From the IMG/VR virus record IMGVR_UViG_3300032087_006201, positions 1 to 62,434 of that record: a DNA stretch of 62,434 nt; one strand, written 5' to 3'. A program made the translations under genes and the position numbers. Below the pieces are notes generated by a model, which was given only the letters and a program-made list of their open reading frames with translations, ran no database searches and was not told the DNA's origin. The stretch is from a virus (Duplodnaviria > Caudoviricetes). Of this stretch, positions 1 through 9,643 are shown piece by piece (position 1 is the stretch's first letter; each line of letters begins with the position of its first letter).

Positions 1-956
1 ACTGTTGTGATGTACGCAACCGGCGGGTCTGTTACGCCTTCCTTCACTCTAATCTTACTAGCCGTGAGGTAGGTCGGGTTGGAAGAATAATTGAAGTCCT
101 TGTTGCTGGCACGGCAGAAATAAACGGTTGAGTTTAACTCTGTGGTGTTATTGAATGACAAGTCGTACATTCTGTGACGGACTGCATCTGCCATATTCTC
201 GATAGAGGCTCCCGTCAAGAAAGAGTTAAAGTCGTTAGAGGCGCTCATAGCCATACTTCCGGAAGAACCGTTGTCGTCACCGAAGGTCTGGAAGACTGAG
301 CCAGAAAGGACCGCGATTCCAGCTTGATAGAAGATCAAGCCAACCTTTGTATCGGCGGGCATAACTGAGCCTGTTCCGAGGAGAATTCCGTATTCACCGG
401 CAGGCGAATTTACCTTGAAAGAGTTGGCGGCGTCAGTGTCTTGGATTGTGATTAGGCTATTAAACTCTGTTACAGAAGAGCTTCCGAAAGAAGCACTAGC
501 GCCGAGTTGAAGCGTAAAGCTGCCCTTCTTGATTTCATCCTTTGTTAGAAGTCTAGCGAAATTGACAAAGACACACTCTTTTAGCTTTGTGCCCCCGGCA
601 GAAAGATCACCATCTTCATCGAACAATTGAACTGAGCCAGTGTAGTCAAAGCCCATAAGAACTTGGGCTACTTCGTTATAAAGGTTAATCTTCTTGTCTT
701 GTTGGGTTCTGGCAGTAGTGCCAGAGATACTAGAATCACTAGAATAGCCAGTTGTGAGGTCGAAGATGTGGTTCGCAGAAGAGCTTAGATATGGATAATC
801 ATAAACGCTTTGGAACATTCCGTGTGAATAGGTTTTGATGTTTTCGTCGTTGTATGTTCCAGAGACAATAGAGCCTGTGATTGGAATTGCCTCGTGTAGT
901 AGGGATCTGGTTGTTACAACATCATCTCTTCTGAGTGTCTTAAAAGTAGTAGCCAT
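1..956 (-). CDS. Putative virion structural (tail/baseplate-associated) protein, 3'-partial; missing from ORF track
   Basis: Manually translated open frame from ATG at 956 (MATTFKTLRRDDVV...YFCRASNKDFNYSSNPTY...PPVAYITTV) running off the window; AAGGA SD upstream; follows structural genes. Confidence 0.8.
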   Translation of the reverse strand, partial: MATTFKTLRRDDVVTTRSLLHEAIPITGSIVSGTYNDENIKTYSHGMFQSVYDYPYLSSSANHIFDLTTGYSSDSSISGTTARTQQDKKINLYNEVAQVLMGFDYTGSVQLFDEDGDLSAGGTKLKECVFVNFARLLTKDEIKKGSFTLQLGASASFGSSSVTEFNSLITIQDTDAANSFKVNSPAGEYGILLGTGSVMPADTKVGLIFYQAGIAVLSGSVFQTFGDDNGSSGSMAMSASNDFNSFLTGASIENMADAVRHRMYDLSFNNTTELNSTVYFCRASNKDFNYSSNPTYLTASKIRVKEGVTDPPVAYITT

Positions 957-968
957 TTTCTATCCTTC

Positions 969-1910
969 TTATGCTGGTGACTTAACGAATCGGATTGGTA
1001 TATCTAGTCTGTAACCAGTGGTAACACCAGTAATTCTGACGTGTGAATCTAGGAACTTAACATTACTTACTGTGCCGCCGCCTTGCTTTGGCAAGCTTGT
1101 AGTTGAACCAAGTCGTGTAAATAGGAAGTCGCTAGTAGCCAATTCAACCGAAGAAGCCACCTTAAATACAAACCTTGTTCCCCTCGGACCAGCGACAGAG
1201 GACAAAACAGAGGTATCAGAAATGTCCTCAAAGAAAGCTACATCGGTTCCTACGCTGAAAAAGTATGTGGCGATATTATCATCATCGACAAACGAAGGAG
1301 TGGCTCTGCCACCCCTAAGATTCACAATACTTCCGAATCTGTTGTCAATTTCTACTTGATATTGTGTTTCCACAAGATCAGCATCTAGTGGATTTCTGTT
1401 TGAAATCTCGGTTGTGTTCAAGCCTTGATCAACAGTCATAGGGCTTGGGTCATTGTCATATCCACTAGCGCCGTGGAAGACACCAGCGATGTTCATATCA
1501 ATCGCGTTGCTGGTTGAGGGTCCTTGTGTGTTTTCATCGACGGCGACCAAATAAGAGCCAGAATAGAAGTCCTCACGACCTTCTGGTGCTTGCGCTAGGG
1601 CGAGAACAGGAAGATAGAGGATATTTGTTCGAGCAACAGACAAAAGCTTTGACTTCAAGAAAGAGGAATTATTTGTAAAAGCTTCTAGCACGGGGGTTTG
1701 TAGAATCTGGATGTCGTAGTAGGCGCTTCCGCTTGGATGCGCGCCGAGGGAGCTATTTGCGTTTCTGTATAGAGAGTAGTCAATTTCATCGTCGCCAAAA
1801 GCAAACTTAGTGATTCTAAAACTACCGTCACCCCTTGAAAGGCGTTCGCGACCTAGGTCGGTCAAAACTGCGTCGAGAATAATGTCTCCCGAGTTGTCCA
1901 AAAATGCCAT
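969..1910 (-). CDS. Putative tail/baseplate structural protein (tail-collar/fibre N-terminus-like)
   Basis: N-terminal LDAVLTDLGRERLS..FRITKFAFGDDE resembles tail-collar fibre N-termini; GAGG SD; structural gene context. Confidence 0.55.
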   Translation of the reverse strand: MAFLDNSGDIILDAVLTDLGRERLSRGDGSFRITKFAFGDDEIDYSLYRNANSSLGAHPSGSAYYDIQILQTPVLEAFTNNSSFLKSKLLSVARTNILYLPVLALAQAPEGREDFYSGSYLVAVDENTQGPSTSNAIDMNIAGVFHGASGYDNDPSPMTVDQGLNTTEISNRNPLDADLVETQYQVEIDNRFGSIVNLRGGRATPSFVDDDNIATYFFSVGTDVAFFEDISDTSVLSSVAGPRGTRFVFKVASSVELATSDFLFTRLGSTTSLPKQGGGTVSNVKFLDSHVRITGVTTGYRLDIPIRFVKSPA

Positions 1911-1931
1911 ATTATTACCTCTTCGTAAATA

Positions 1932-1977
1932 TAATTAGTGATTTTTCAATCATTTTGCCCATTTTTATTTAAATAGT
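1932..1977 (-). promoter_or_regulatory. Two copies of putative phage late-promoter motif ACTAnTTA
   Basis: ACTAATTA at 1932-1939 and ACTATTTA at 1970-1977 (minus strand) in the intergenic gap; same motif recurs upstream of several other genes. Confidence 0.55.
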
Positions 1978-1996
1978 AATCTCACAAATTTATTCT

Positions 1997-4900
1997 TTAT
2001 GAGCCGCTAGTCGAACCAGGAAGCGGGATTGTGCCTGCCGGGGTAACTGTTGTTGTGGTGGTGCCACCAGAAAATGCGGGAGCAGGTCCAGAAAGCTCTA
2101 CCTCAGCCAAGACTGTTGGGTCATACTCTTTATCAAATTTAACGTTCAAATCTATCTTCTTACCAGTTTTCTTGGAAGTTACTCTAATTTTGAACTTCTT
2201 CCCCCAAATTTTCTCCTCTTCTACGCCAAGAGGCAACTCAGTTCTGTTAGGAGCCCGAGAGAGTGGTCCGTCATTTGCCACCTCCAAAGATCTCTCATTT
2301 AACTGTGTTTGCAATAAAGTAGGTGAGATTTGCAAAAATCGATTAACTTTCTTTGTAGCCACCTTGGTTGCATCGGCTGTTTCAAACTCCACAACCCTGA
2401 CAACTGGATAGATTGCTCCGTCGTTATTCACTAACTCAACCTCATATACTGGACTTGGGTAAGAGGAGTGACCGTGAATATCAAGAGCCCTGAACATATA
2501 ATAATATTTCTTATTAGGCTCAATTAAATCTCGTAGAGCAGCGGAAGAAGCCGGCTTAAAGCCGTTTTGCTCTGATTCTGTTCTTATTGTTGCCCTGAGA
2601 TTATCGCTGAAATCTTCATAGCCAAACGGCTTTGTTTCCATACGATATACTTCAAATTGTGTAGAAGGATCGTCGTTTTCAAACAGAATCTTTGTCTGAT
2701 TTGGATCAACCACCATCTGCTGCAACCTAAGGACATATAATTGTTCTTCCGGGCTGAATATAACTGGTTCTAGCTCATCTGCGCCGGCGCCGGTGTTCAT
2801 AAGTAATAGAATTTGAAAATCAACACCACGATAAGGAACTACTTCAACTTCGGGAGGCATTGGCGGATCATCCAACATAGTGCCACGACCAAAGGATGTG
2901 TCATCTTGGTAGTTTCTTGCAAATGGAAGCTCAATAATCTTAACTGATGGCTTTATCTTCACGTTGAATCTGGCAACGTAAGGTGTCCAAGGATCAGTAT
3001 CTCTAAAAATAACGCCGGATAGAACAGCAGGATCAGAGACATCGCCTACTGGCACCCCTCTTGCGGTGCCTGGGGTAAAGCTCCCCCTCGTAGCAATGCC
3101 CTCGCCGCCAAACTCTTCTGGGAAAAATGCGCCCGCGTCTGCTGAGGTAGGTCCAGTAGGTAATGATGGAGATGTGCCTGCTACCTCCACATCAGGACCA
3201 GAGGGCAGTGAAGGAGATGTGCCTGTGGTTATTACCCCCTCTTCATCACCGGAGTCTGTCTCGCTTGGAGAATAAAGATCGAATGGTCGGAACTCACCCC
3301 TCAGGGTGTCGGTGGGCTCTGGGGTAACGTAATCTCCGCCTTCCCACAACAGAGCCTCGCCAGTTGTATATTCAGTTTCCGACCCAATCACTATGCGACA
3401 GGTTTTTATATCATACTGATATGACTGGTTGTATTTTAATTGAGTGTCAATTAGGTTGATTCTTGTGTGGTTCTTGGGCGTGTTTAACAAGAAGTAGCTC
3501 TTGATCGGTTGATTACTTCTATTTCCAACCTCATTGACAAGATACTTATCTACTCGATAAAATAAATCCTCTGAGTACGCCCTTACACCCGTGAAAAGCT
3601 CACCTTGCTTTCTTAGGTTGTCTTCCACCATCTCCGCCACTACATTGATAATTTGCCCTATGTCAGAACTAAGCCCTGGATCGACGACACCAGGCGGAGA
3701 GGTCTCTGGTCTAGTTGGGTACGGCTGATCATCAATTGAATCTGGCTCAAAATTCTTCAAGAAAACCGAATCAGCCTCCGAAACGATTGTTGGGTCAATA
3801 TCTCCAAAGCTTCTAATCCACTCTTGAAAATCAAATACCCTTCTGGTTGTAGGAGATATGCCGCCCTCGGTGAAAGTGTATCTTCTTCCCGTCTCATCCA
3901 CACGTTGGTGAGTTTCGACAAATTGTCTTTGAAAAATATATTCCGGATTCTTTGTATCAATGCCAGCTTGAACTCTTTCTAGCTGCTGTGAATCGGCAAC
4001 ATAATCTCGCATAATGTTATTGAAAGCATAGTTTTCAAGACCACTGCTGTTCAAAAGATTAGCCGGCTCCATCTGTGGATATTCTAGCTCTGAGAACATT
4101 GGGAACAGCTCTTTATAAGAGTTGAAGCTACTCTGCATCAAGCCTTGTGTTGTTCTGGGTACAATGATGTTCCTAAATCTTGAAGAAAGTTCCGCCAACA
4201 CTTCACCAGAGTTTGGGTTAAAAACCGGAACACCAGCGGCAGCTATTGGGTAGAAATAAGACCACCTATCGTAATATTCGGCTGTGTCTCTTTCGCCGAC
4301 CTTCTCTGAGGAAGGGTCAGTTGTTCTTAGGCTGTTAATAAAGACACCTGGAACTGTTCTATCTAGGGTGATAAAATCACTATACAAGAAGTCCTCATTA
4401 TACCCCGGCTGCAACAAATCTGGCACTAGAAGCGGGTTGATCTCATATTGCTCGTTTAGGAACCTTCCTTCGCCAGGAGCCGGCTCTCTGCCTTTTTCGA
4501 GATAGAAAACATAAATATCTGGATAAAGGGATTCCCTGACATTTTCTATGATGTTCTCATACTGTTTTGTATAGAAGTTGTAATCGTATCTTGTTCTTGC
4601 AACAGCAATGTTCGGAACATTTCCGTTTAGGTAAAATTCTTCAAGAGGCGTGAAAGGTTCGTTATACTCCAAAGCGTGGTCTAGGTAGGTCGTACCAAGT
4701 GGATAGTTGTTTAAACAATATTCAAACCAAGAAGGCAAGTTGGCAAACCGGCTTTCACGCCCAAAGACCATAAACGTTTGTTCATACCTGCCCAGGAAAG
4801 ACTCCCTGTCGGGTCCAATAAATCTAGCTGTGCCGGCAACGGTCCTTACGTTGATTAGAGGGCTCGTGTCTGATAGAGACTCGATGTCATCTCGTGCCCA

Positions 4901-5152
4901 CCTAATAACCGTGTCCCTATCTTGTACGGCATATTTCCATACGGCGCTATAATCACGTCGCAAAGGGTCTGTGTCTGAGTTAATCCCGTCTAAGATATTC
5001 TCCCTATCAACCACTAAGGCATCTTTCGCGGTTGTAGAGTTTATTAGCCCCACGCCGCCGCCGGTTAGGATATCACGATCAAGGGGAAGCGGCTCCCTCT
5101 CTGGATCGGTTAAGATAATATCATCTAATGGATCTGGTGTTCCAGCGCCCAT
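1997..5152 (-). CDS. Hypothetical structural protein with fibronectin-III-like C-terminal region
   Basis: 1051-aa ORF; FEVYR...D..IEPNKKYYYMFRALDIHGHSSYPS is FN3-like; Pro/Gly/Ser/Thr-rich linker with a short GTSPSLP repeat. Confidence 0.5.
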   Translation of the reverse strand: MGAGTPDPLDDIILTDPEREPLPLDRDILTGGGVGLINSTTAKDALVVDRENILDGINSDTDPLRRDYSAVWKYAVQDRDTVIRWARDDIESLSDTSPLINVRTVAGTARFIGPDRESFLGRYEQTFMVFGRESRFANLPSWFEYCLNNYPLGTTYLDHALEYNEPFTPLEEFYLNGNVPNIAVARTRYDYNFYTKQYENIIENVRESLYPDIYVFYLEKGREPAPGEGRFLNEQYEINPLLVPDLLQPGYNEDFLYSDFITLDRTVPGVFINSLRTTDPSSEKVGERDTAEYYDRWSYFYPIAAAGVPVFNPNSGEVLAELSSRFRNIIVPRTTQGLMQSSFNSYKELFPMFSELEYPQMEPANLLNSSGLENYAFNNIMRDYVADSQQLERVQAGIDTKNPEYIFQRQFVETHQRVDETGRRYTFTEGGISPTTRRVFDFQEWIRSFGDIDPTIVSEADSVFLKNFEPDSIDDQPYPTRPETSPPGVVDPGLSSDIGQIINVVAEMVEDNLRKQGELFTGVRAYSEDLFYRVDKYLVNEVGNRSNQPIKSYFLLNTPKNHTRINLIDTQLKYNQSYQYDIKTCRIVIGSETEYTTGEALLWEGGDYVTPEPTDTLRGEFRPFDLYSPSETDSGDEEGVITTGTSPSLPSGPDVEVAGTSPSLPTGPTSADAGAFFPEEFGGEGIATRGSFTPGTARGVPVGDVSDPAVLSGVIFRDTDPWTPYVARFNVKIKPSVKIIELPFARNYQDDTSFGRGTMLDDPPMPPEVEVVPYRGVDFQILLLMNTGAGADELEPVIFSPEEQLYVLRLQQMVVDPNQTKILFENDDPSTQFEVYRMETKPFGYEDFSDNLRATIRTESEQNGFKPASSAALRDLIEPNKKYYYMFRALDIHGHSSYPSPVYEVELVNNDGAIYPVVRVVEFETADATKVATKKVNRFLQISPTLLQTQLNERSLEVANDGPLSRAPNRTELPLGVEEEKIWGKKFKIRVTSKKTGKKIDLNVKFDKEYDPTVLAEVELSGPAPAFSGGTTTTTVTPAGTIPLPGSTSGS

Positions 5153-5154
5153 AA

Positions 5155-8100
5155 TTAATAATTACCTCCTCTTGTTGTTCTCGTACGAGTTCGAACTTGT
5201 GTCCTGCGACGGCGTGGCTCTCTTGTAATCTGCGCCTGCGTCACTTGCTGTGTCTGGTCTCTTCTTGCCCTCTTGCCGCCAATTCCACTAACTTCTGTTA
5301 AAGAATTAGTAGGCGCACCAGGAGTTTCGGTCAAGAAATACTCAATATTGTTGCCGGTTTGCAAATCCATTAAGGAATGTCTTGTCACTTCCAGTGCCAG
5401 TTCGGACTCAAAGCCACTATAAATAGATCGTGAATCCAAAGTTAAAAATCCACTTTCTACTTCATAAGTTGAAATAAAGTTTTGCGGCGGTTGCTTCTGA
5501 GGGGCAGCTTGGCGCTGAGTTGTGATAATGAAGTATTCATTATAAACCGGCAACGAGTTTGTAAATTCGAAAGACCCTATATTTGTCTTGGGGTCGTTAT
5601 ATTGTCGTATTCTACAAAGAATTGATGTGCCCAAGTTTTCCAAAACACTATTATCCAACAACTTCCACATAGGTGAGTTTCCATATCCACCCTCGTAACC
5701 AGATAGATATTCCACTTGCCTAATCATTCCAAAATTATATATGAATCCATCAGTGTTTGCGTCATCACCAGAAGAAGCCTTAGCCGCCGCATCATTATAC
5801 ACCCTATCTTTATTAAGTGTTAAAAGTTTAATTTGCTGAGGTAGGTTTTTCAATGTCTCCACGGACTTATCGCCCTGATTTGATTCGATAACTCTTGTAG
5901 AAATAAAGTTATTATTCTTGGTCAAATCATATGATATATCTGCTGGGGCAGGGGCTGAAAGTGTTGTTTGTTTATTTGTGGTAGTTGTGTTGCGGCGCGC
6001 GAGCCTTTCAAGCACAGCAGACCCGCCTAGGTTAATTTCCCGAGCCTCTAATTCGGTTAGATCCGCTTGTCTTGGGCTTGATTCTCTTGAAAACTTATTT
6101 GTTCTACCTAGGAACTCTTCTGAATCCGTGGTCGCGTCCCTTTGCGCACGAATCCTGGCGCGGCGCCTAATCCTGGTGGATGTATCGCCCTTATTTGTGC
6201 CCACAGAAGTTGCCCCAAGATCCTGAAAACTAGCGTTTTTCTCCTGTATGTTATTTAGATCCGCAAGTCTTTGCTGCGTAACGCCGCCGCCAAGATTGTT
6301 AATCAAGCTATTAATCGCTGTTGATACCACTGTAAATGATTTTGATGCGGGATCGTTAATCACGTTTTGTATAATAGAAGTGGCTGTCGTATAGTCTAGT
6401 GAATCCTTGTTTTGCGCTTGGAGAGGAATTCTATTCTCCAAAAGATCCACAGAAGTTGGAGCAACGTAAGAAAATTTTGTATTATCCAGAATCAAGGCTT
6501 CGGCTGCCTCAACAGAGATAAATGGGAACTCTGTTGAGATTTGATCTACATCATACAGATTGCCCTCATATCTTTGATTTTCTTTGTTAATTCTTTCTCT
6601 ATATTTGTCTGTTGTGATCTTTAAAATACCATTAGTTAAGCGAGGCTCTCTGCCCTTTGGCGCTGGCGGCTGATCAAAATAATCAAACCCGGAACCCTTC
6701 AAAATATTCGCATCAAAGACCTCAGAAAAGTCAATCGTGCTTGTCAGTAGGCGAGAAGCGGCGCCTTGCGAAACAGCGCTCTTCGGAGCGCCGCTGGCGT
6801 CGAAGTGTCTTTCCTTGTTGGGAGATAATAGATTGCCCAGCTCAATATCTAGCGCCCTCATTAGTTCTAACGTGGTCTGTATGCCATCGTTTGTCCCAAC
6901 AAAGGGAGAGATTAGACCATATAAGGCTCTTGACAGCCTGGTCTTCTGCTCTGGTTGTATATCTGTTATGATTTCCAAGACTTCAATGTATTTCACAATC
7001 GAAGACACCCAAGGAAGCACTGTATTCGTAGAACTACGTGACCCCATCTTTTCTACAAAGCTCTGAGTATATGTGCCCATTTTGGCATTGTAGTTTTCTG
7101 GCTTGCGTGCGATTGAGAGATAATTTTCAAGCACATTTATTGCTCTTTTTAGCTCATCGTTCTTTTGTGCCAAGAAATTGCCCACAATATCTTGGATTTG
7201 CAATTCAATGGAATATTGATAGTTGCCTTGTGTTATGGAGGCTATGTTGGCGTCCATCACGGCAAAAGTTCTGAAATTGCTGGTGTTTTCAACAAAAATT
7301 TCCTCAATTCTTCCAAAAAGCTGATATCGGTCAGACACCTCTTTATCAGTTGGCACCTCAATATACTTGTTGGAGTCTTCACCAGGAATGTTATATCTTG
7401 TAATTGAGTTTAGCGTCCCGTTTTGTTCGCGAGAAGAAACAATAACTTGTGAGGGCGCCTGAATGTCTTCTAGAACTATGTCACTACTTTGTAGGCGACT
7501 TTCTCCCTTAGAGGGACGCACTTCCCTCCTGACCACCGACATATTCAAGATTTTAGAATTTTGTAATAGATATTCTCGTAGATCCCTGGAAGCTACTTGA
7601 AATAGTCTTCCATACTTGGAATTCTCAACCATATAGTTAAAATGATCAAAACCAAATGTTAGTAGAGAGTTTCCCGCCTGATCCCTGGTTAGGTATAGCT
7701 CTGTCGTGTAGCTGTTGCTCTCTATTTTTGCGCTTGGATCGGGGGCTATGTCAATTTGAAGTTGTGACACCTCTTCCAAGACTCTTAAATCAACAATCTT
7801 GCTATTAGTGACCTGGCTGCGTGTCAAAGCCTCGTGAGGGATATCAACGTGAAAGGCACCTTGCATCCAACCTGTGTTAGGTTGGTAATGAACTGGACCG
7901 GTCCAGACATCCCCACTACTGTCTGTAAAGATAAACGACTGATCGACCAACGAAGCGCTCTCAACCACCCTCTCTATTATGATGGGGCTGTGTGAGTTTA
8001 GGATTGCTCTGGAAACTTGTTCTCCCTGTTGCGTAAAGGCGAAATAAGTTAGATGTTCCGGCTCTCTTGGAATTGAGAATTCCACAACCTTTTGAATGCT

Positions 8101-8619
8101 GACAACTCTGTTTCCATTAGATGCTAATACAGGCTTTGAATTTACCTTAACTTCTTCATCAGCCTCCGGTTCCAAGGAAATAATTTGAACCTGATAGTCA
8201 ATTAAGTGGTTATATTGGTCTGGAACCTTAAAGTCTGGTCTATCAAATGCTCGTGTTTCTACCAAAAAGTCTGTTAATTCTTTGTTTGTGCTCTGAAAAA
8301 CCTTTAATACTAGATCTTTTCTTGAATTTTCACTCTTTACCCACGTTGTTTGATTCGTTTTTGTATCTTCTAGATCATTAATTAATACCTCAACTGTGGA
8401 TTTTAAAGAACGTTCAACTGTAAAAATATCATTTGTCAAGGAGCCGGCGTCATATTTCAAATCGCCATATCTATTTCTTGTTTCCTTGACCGGTCTTGTC
8501 TTGTCTATGGTGTTCTGACTTCTGGAATTAATTGCGCCGGCGGGAGCAATTGTAATCTTCCTTATGTAGGAGTTTGGGTTGGTTGAACTTCTAACACCTA
8601 GTTCATTTATTTTTGTCAT
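5155..8619 (-). CDS. Hypothetical protein (probable virion structural protein)
   Basis: 1154-aa ORF, TAATG-coupled to upstream gene; His-rich WTGPVHY..GWMQGAFH..PH motif; no confident family. Confidence 0.6.
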   Translation of the reverse strand: MTKINELGVRSSTNPNSYIRKITIAPAGAINSRSQNTIDKTRPVKETRNRYGDLKYDAGSLTNDIFTVERSLKSTVEVLINDLEDTKTNQTTWVKSENSRKDLVLKVFQSTNKELTDFLVETRAFDRPDFKVPDQYNHLIDYQVQIISLEPEADEEVKVNSKPVLASNGNRVVSIQKVVEFSIPREPEHLTYFAFTQQGEQVSRAILNSHSPIIIERVVESASLVDQSFIFTDSSGDVWTGPVHYQPNTGWMQGAFHVDIPHEALTRSQVTNSKIVDLRVLEEVSQLQIDIAPDPSAKIESNSYTTELYLTRDQAGNSLLTFGFDHFNYMVENSKYGRLFQVASRDLREYLLQNSKILNMSVVRREVRPSKGESRLQSSDIVLEDIQAPSQVIVSSREQNGTLNSITRYNIPGEDSNKYIEVPTDKEVSDRYQLFGRIEEIFVENTSNFRTFAVMDANIASITQGNYQYSIELQIQDIVGNFLAQKNDELKRAINVLENYLSIARKPENYNAKMGTYTQSFVEKMGSRSSTNTVLPWVSSIVKYIEVLEIITDIQPEQKTRLSRALYGLISPFVGTNDGIQTTLELMRALDIELGNLLSPNKERHFDASGAPKSAVSQGAASRLLTSTIDFSEVFDANILKGSGFDYFDQPPAPKGREPRLTNGILKITTDKYRERINKENQRYEGNLYDVDQISTEFPFISVEAAEALILDNTKFSYVAPTSVDLLENRIPLQAQNKDSLDYTTATSIIQNVINDPASKSFTVVSTAINSLINNLGGGVTQQRLADLNNIQEKNASFQDLGATSVGTNKGDTSTRIRRRARIRAQRDATTDSEEFLGRTNKFSRESSPRQADLTELEAREINLGGSAVLERLARRNTTTTNKQTTLSAPAPADISYDLTKNNNFISTRVIESNQGDKSVETLKNLPQQIKLLTLNKDRVYNDAAAKASSGDDANTDGFIYNFGMIRQVEYLSGYEGGYGNSPMWKLLDNSVLENLGTSILCRIRQYNDPKTNIGSFEFTNSLPVYNEYFIITTQRQAAPQKQPPQNFISTYEVESGFLTLDSRSIYSGFESELALEVTRHSLMDLQTGNNIEYFLTETPGAPTNSLTEVSGIGGKRARRDQTQQVTQAQITREPRRRRTQVRTRTRTTRGGNY

Positions 8620-9632
8620 TATTCACACTCCTCGCCAACCACATCTGTATTATAGATATTTACTCTCGCAACTGGTGACACATCTGGACAATCGTAAGGT
8701 ATGTCATCAACCTCTACTCCTCTTGTCCTCAGATCTTGAATTAAGGGACACATAACTTCTTCCGGAATTTCTAAATCTGTATTGACGTTGAAGAAGTATT
8801 CTGCATATGTCGCGTCTAGTCTGAAACTCTGTCTTCTTTGTCTTCTTCCTTCTGGCTCATCTATTAAGATATCATTAACCACCCTCTGTGTCTCGCGTTG
8901 AAAAGATAAGGGTGTTAGCTGAGATTCAGGACCTGCTGAGCCAGATTCAACAAGAAATACTTCTATTTCATAGTCGGTATCATTTGTGGCATTGTCCTCA
9001 TCAATGCTGAAAATTAGCTCTGGTCTGTCCTCTTTCAGATAAACGAAAGTGCCATTAGCATATTGGCGACTTATAATTCGATTAACAAAATCAGGATTTT
9101 CTAAATCAAACTCTTCAACATTCCCAACTGCTGCACGGTATGTTACCTCAAAATCTAATTGTGGTATCCTTAATACGTTGTTTTCTCTACCGGAAGTAGC
9201 CGAAGAGGTAAGGTAGTTTATAGCGCCGGTCAGCTCTCCTTTTAAAACTTGAACATTCCAAGATGGTGCCTCTTCGCTTCCAAGCTCCATAGTCCCAATA
9301 GGTTCTACAAAAACAAAATTTCTATCCTTAGAATTCTGAATTAATTCCCGAGGGGCGTCCTCTTGCCTGCTAGCAATTATTTCAGGAGCAAGATTAGATT
9401 CTACTCCGCTGAATAGATATTGAGCTTTTAGCTTGGGTGTGTTGGATTGAATTCTTGGTTCGATATCGTTTTGAGCCTCCAATACACCAGCGGAGCCGGA
9501 TGCATCATAAAGCACGTCTTCATCAAAAAAAGCATAATATGTTGGCTTGAACTTACCTTGTGAGAGAAGTGCCTCTCCGTATGGAGTCAGCTCAATATCG
9601 AGGACTTCCTCTTTATTGTCAAAAAATTTCAT
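8619..9632 (-). CDS. Putative baseplate/tail structural protein, N-terminal paralogue of 969..1910
   Basis: MKFFDNKEEVLDIELTPYGEALLSQGKFKPTYYAFFDEDVLYD aligns by eye with the N-terminus of 969..1910. Confidence 0.55.
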   Translation of the reverse strand: MKFFDNKEEVLDIELTPYGEALLSQGKFKPTYYAFFDEDVLYDASGSAGVLEAQNDIEPRIQSNTPKLKAQYLFSGVESNLAPEIIASRQEDAPRELIQNSKDRNFVFVEPIGTMELGSEEAPSWNVQVLKGELTGAINYLTSSATSGRENNVLRIPQLDFEVTYRAAVGNVEEFDLENPDFVNRIISRQYANGTFVYLKEDRPELIFSIDEDNATNDTDYEIEVFLVESGSAGPESQLTPLSFQRETQRVVNDILIDEPEGRRQRRQSFRLDATYAEYFFNVNTDLEIPEEVMCPLIQDLRTRGVEVDDIPYDCPDVSPVARVNIYNTDVVGEECE

Positions 9633-9643
9633 CCTTAAAGACT

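Noticed and set aside
3140-3240. GTSPSLP direct repeat in the 1051-aa gene
   Set aside because: Two-copy duplication within a low-complexity linker; no further structure seen
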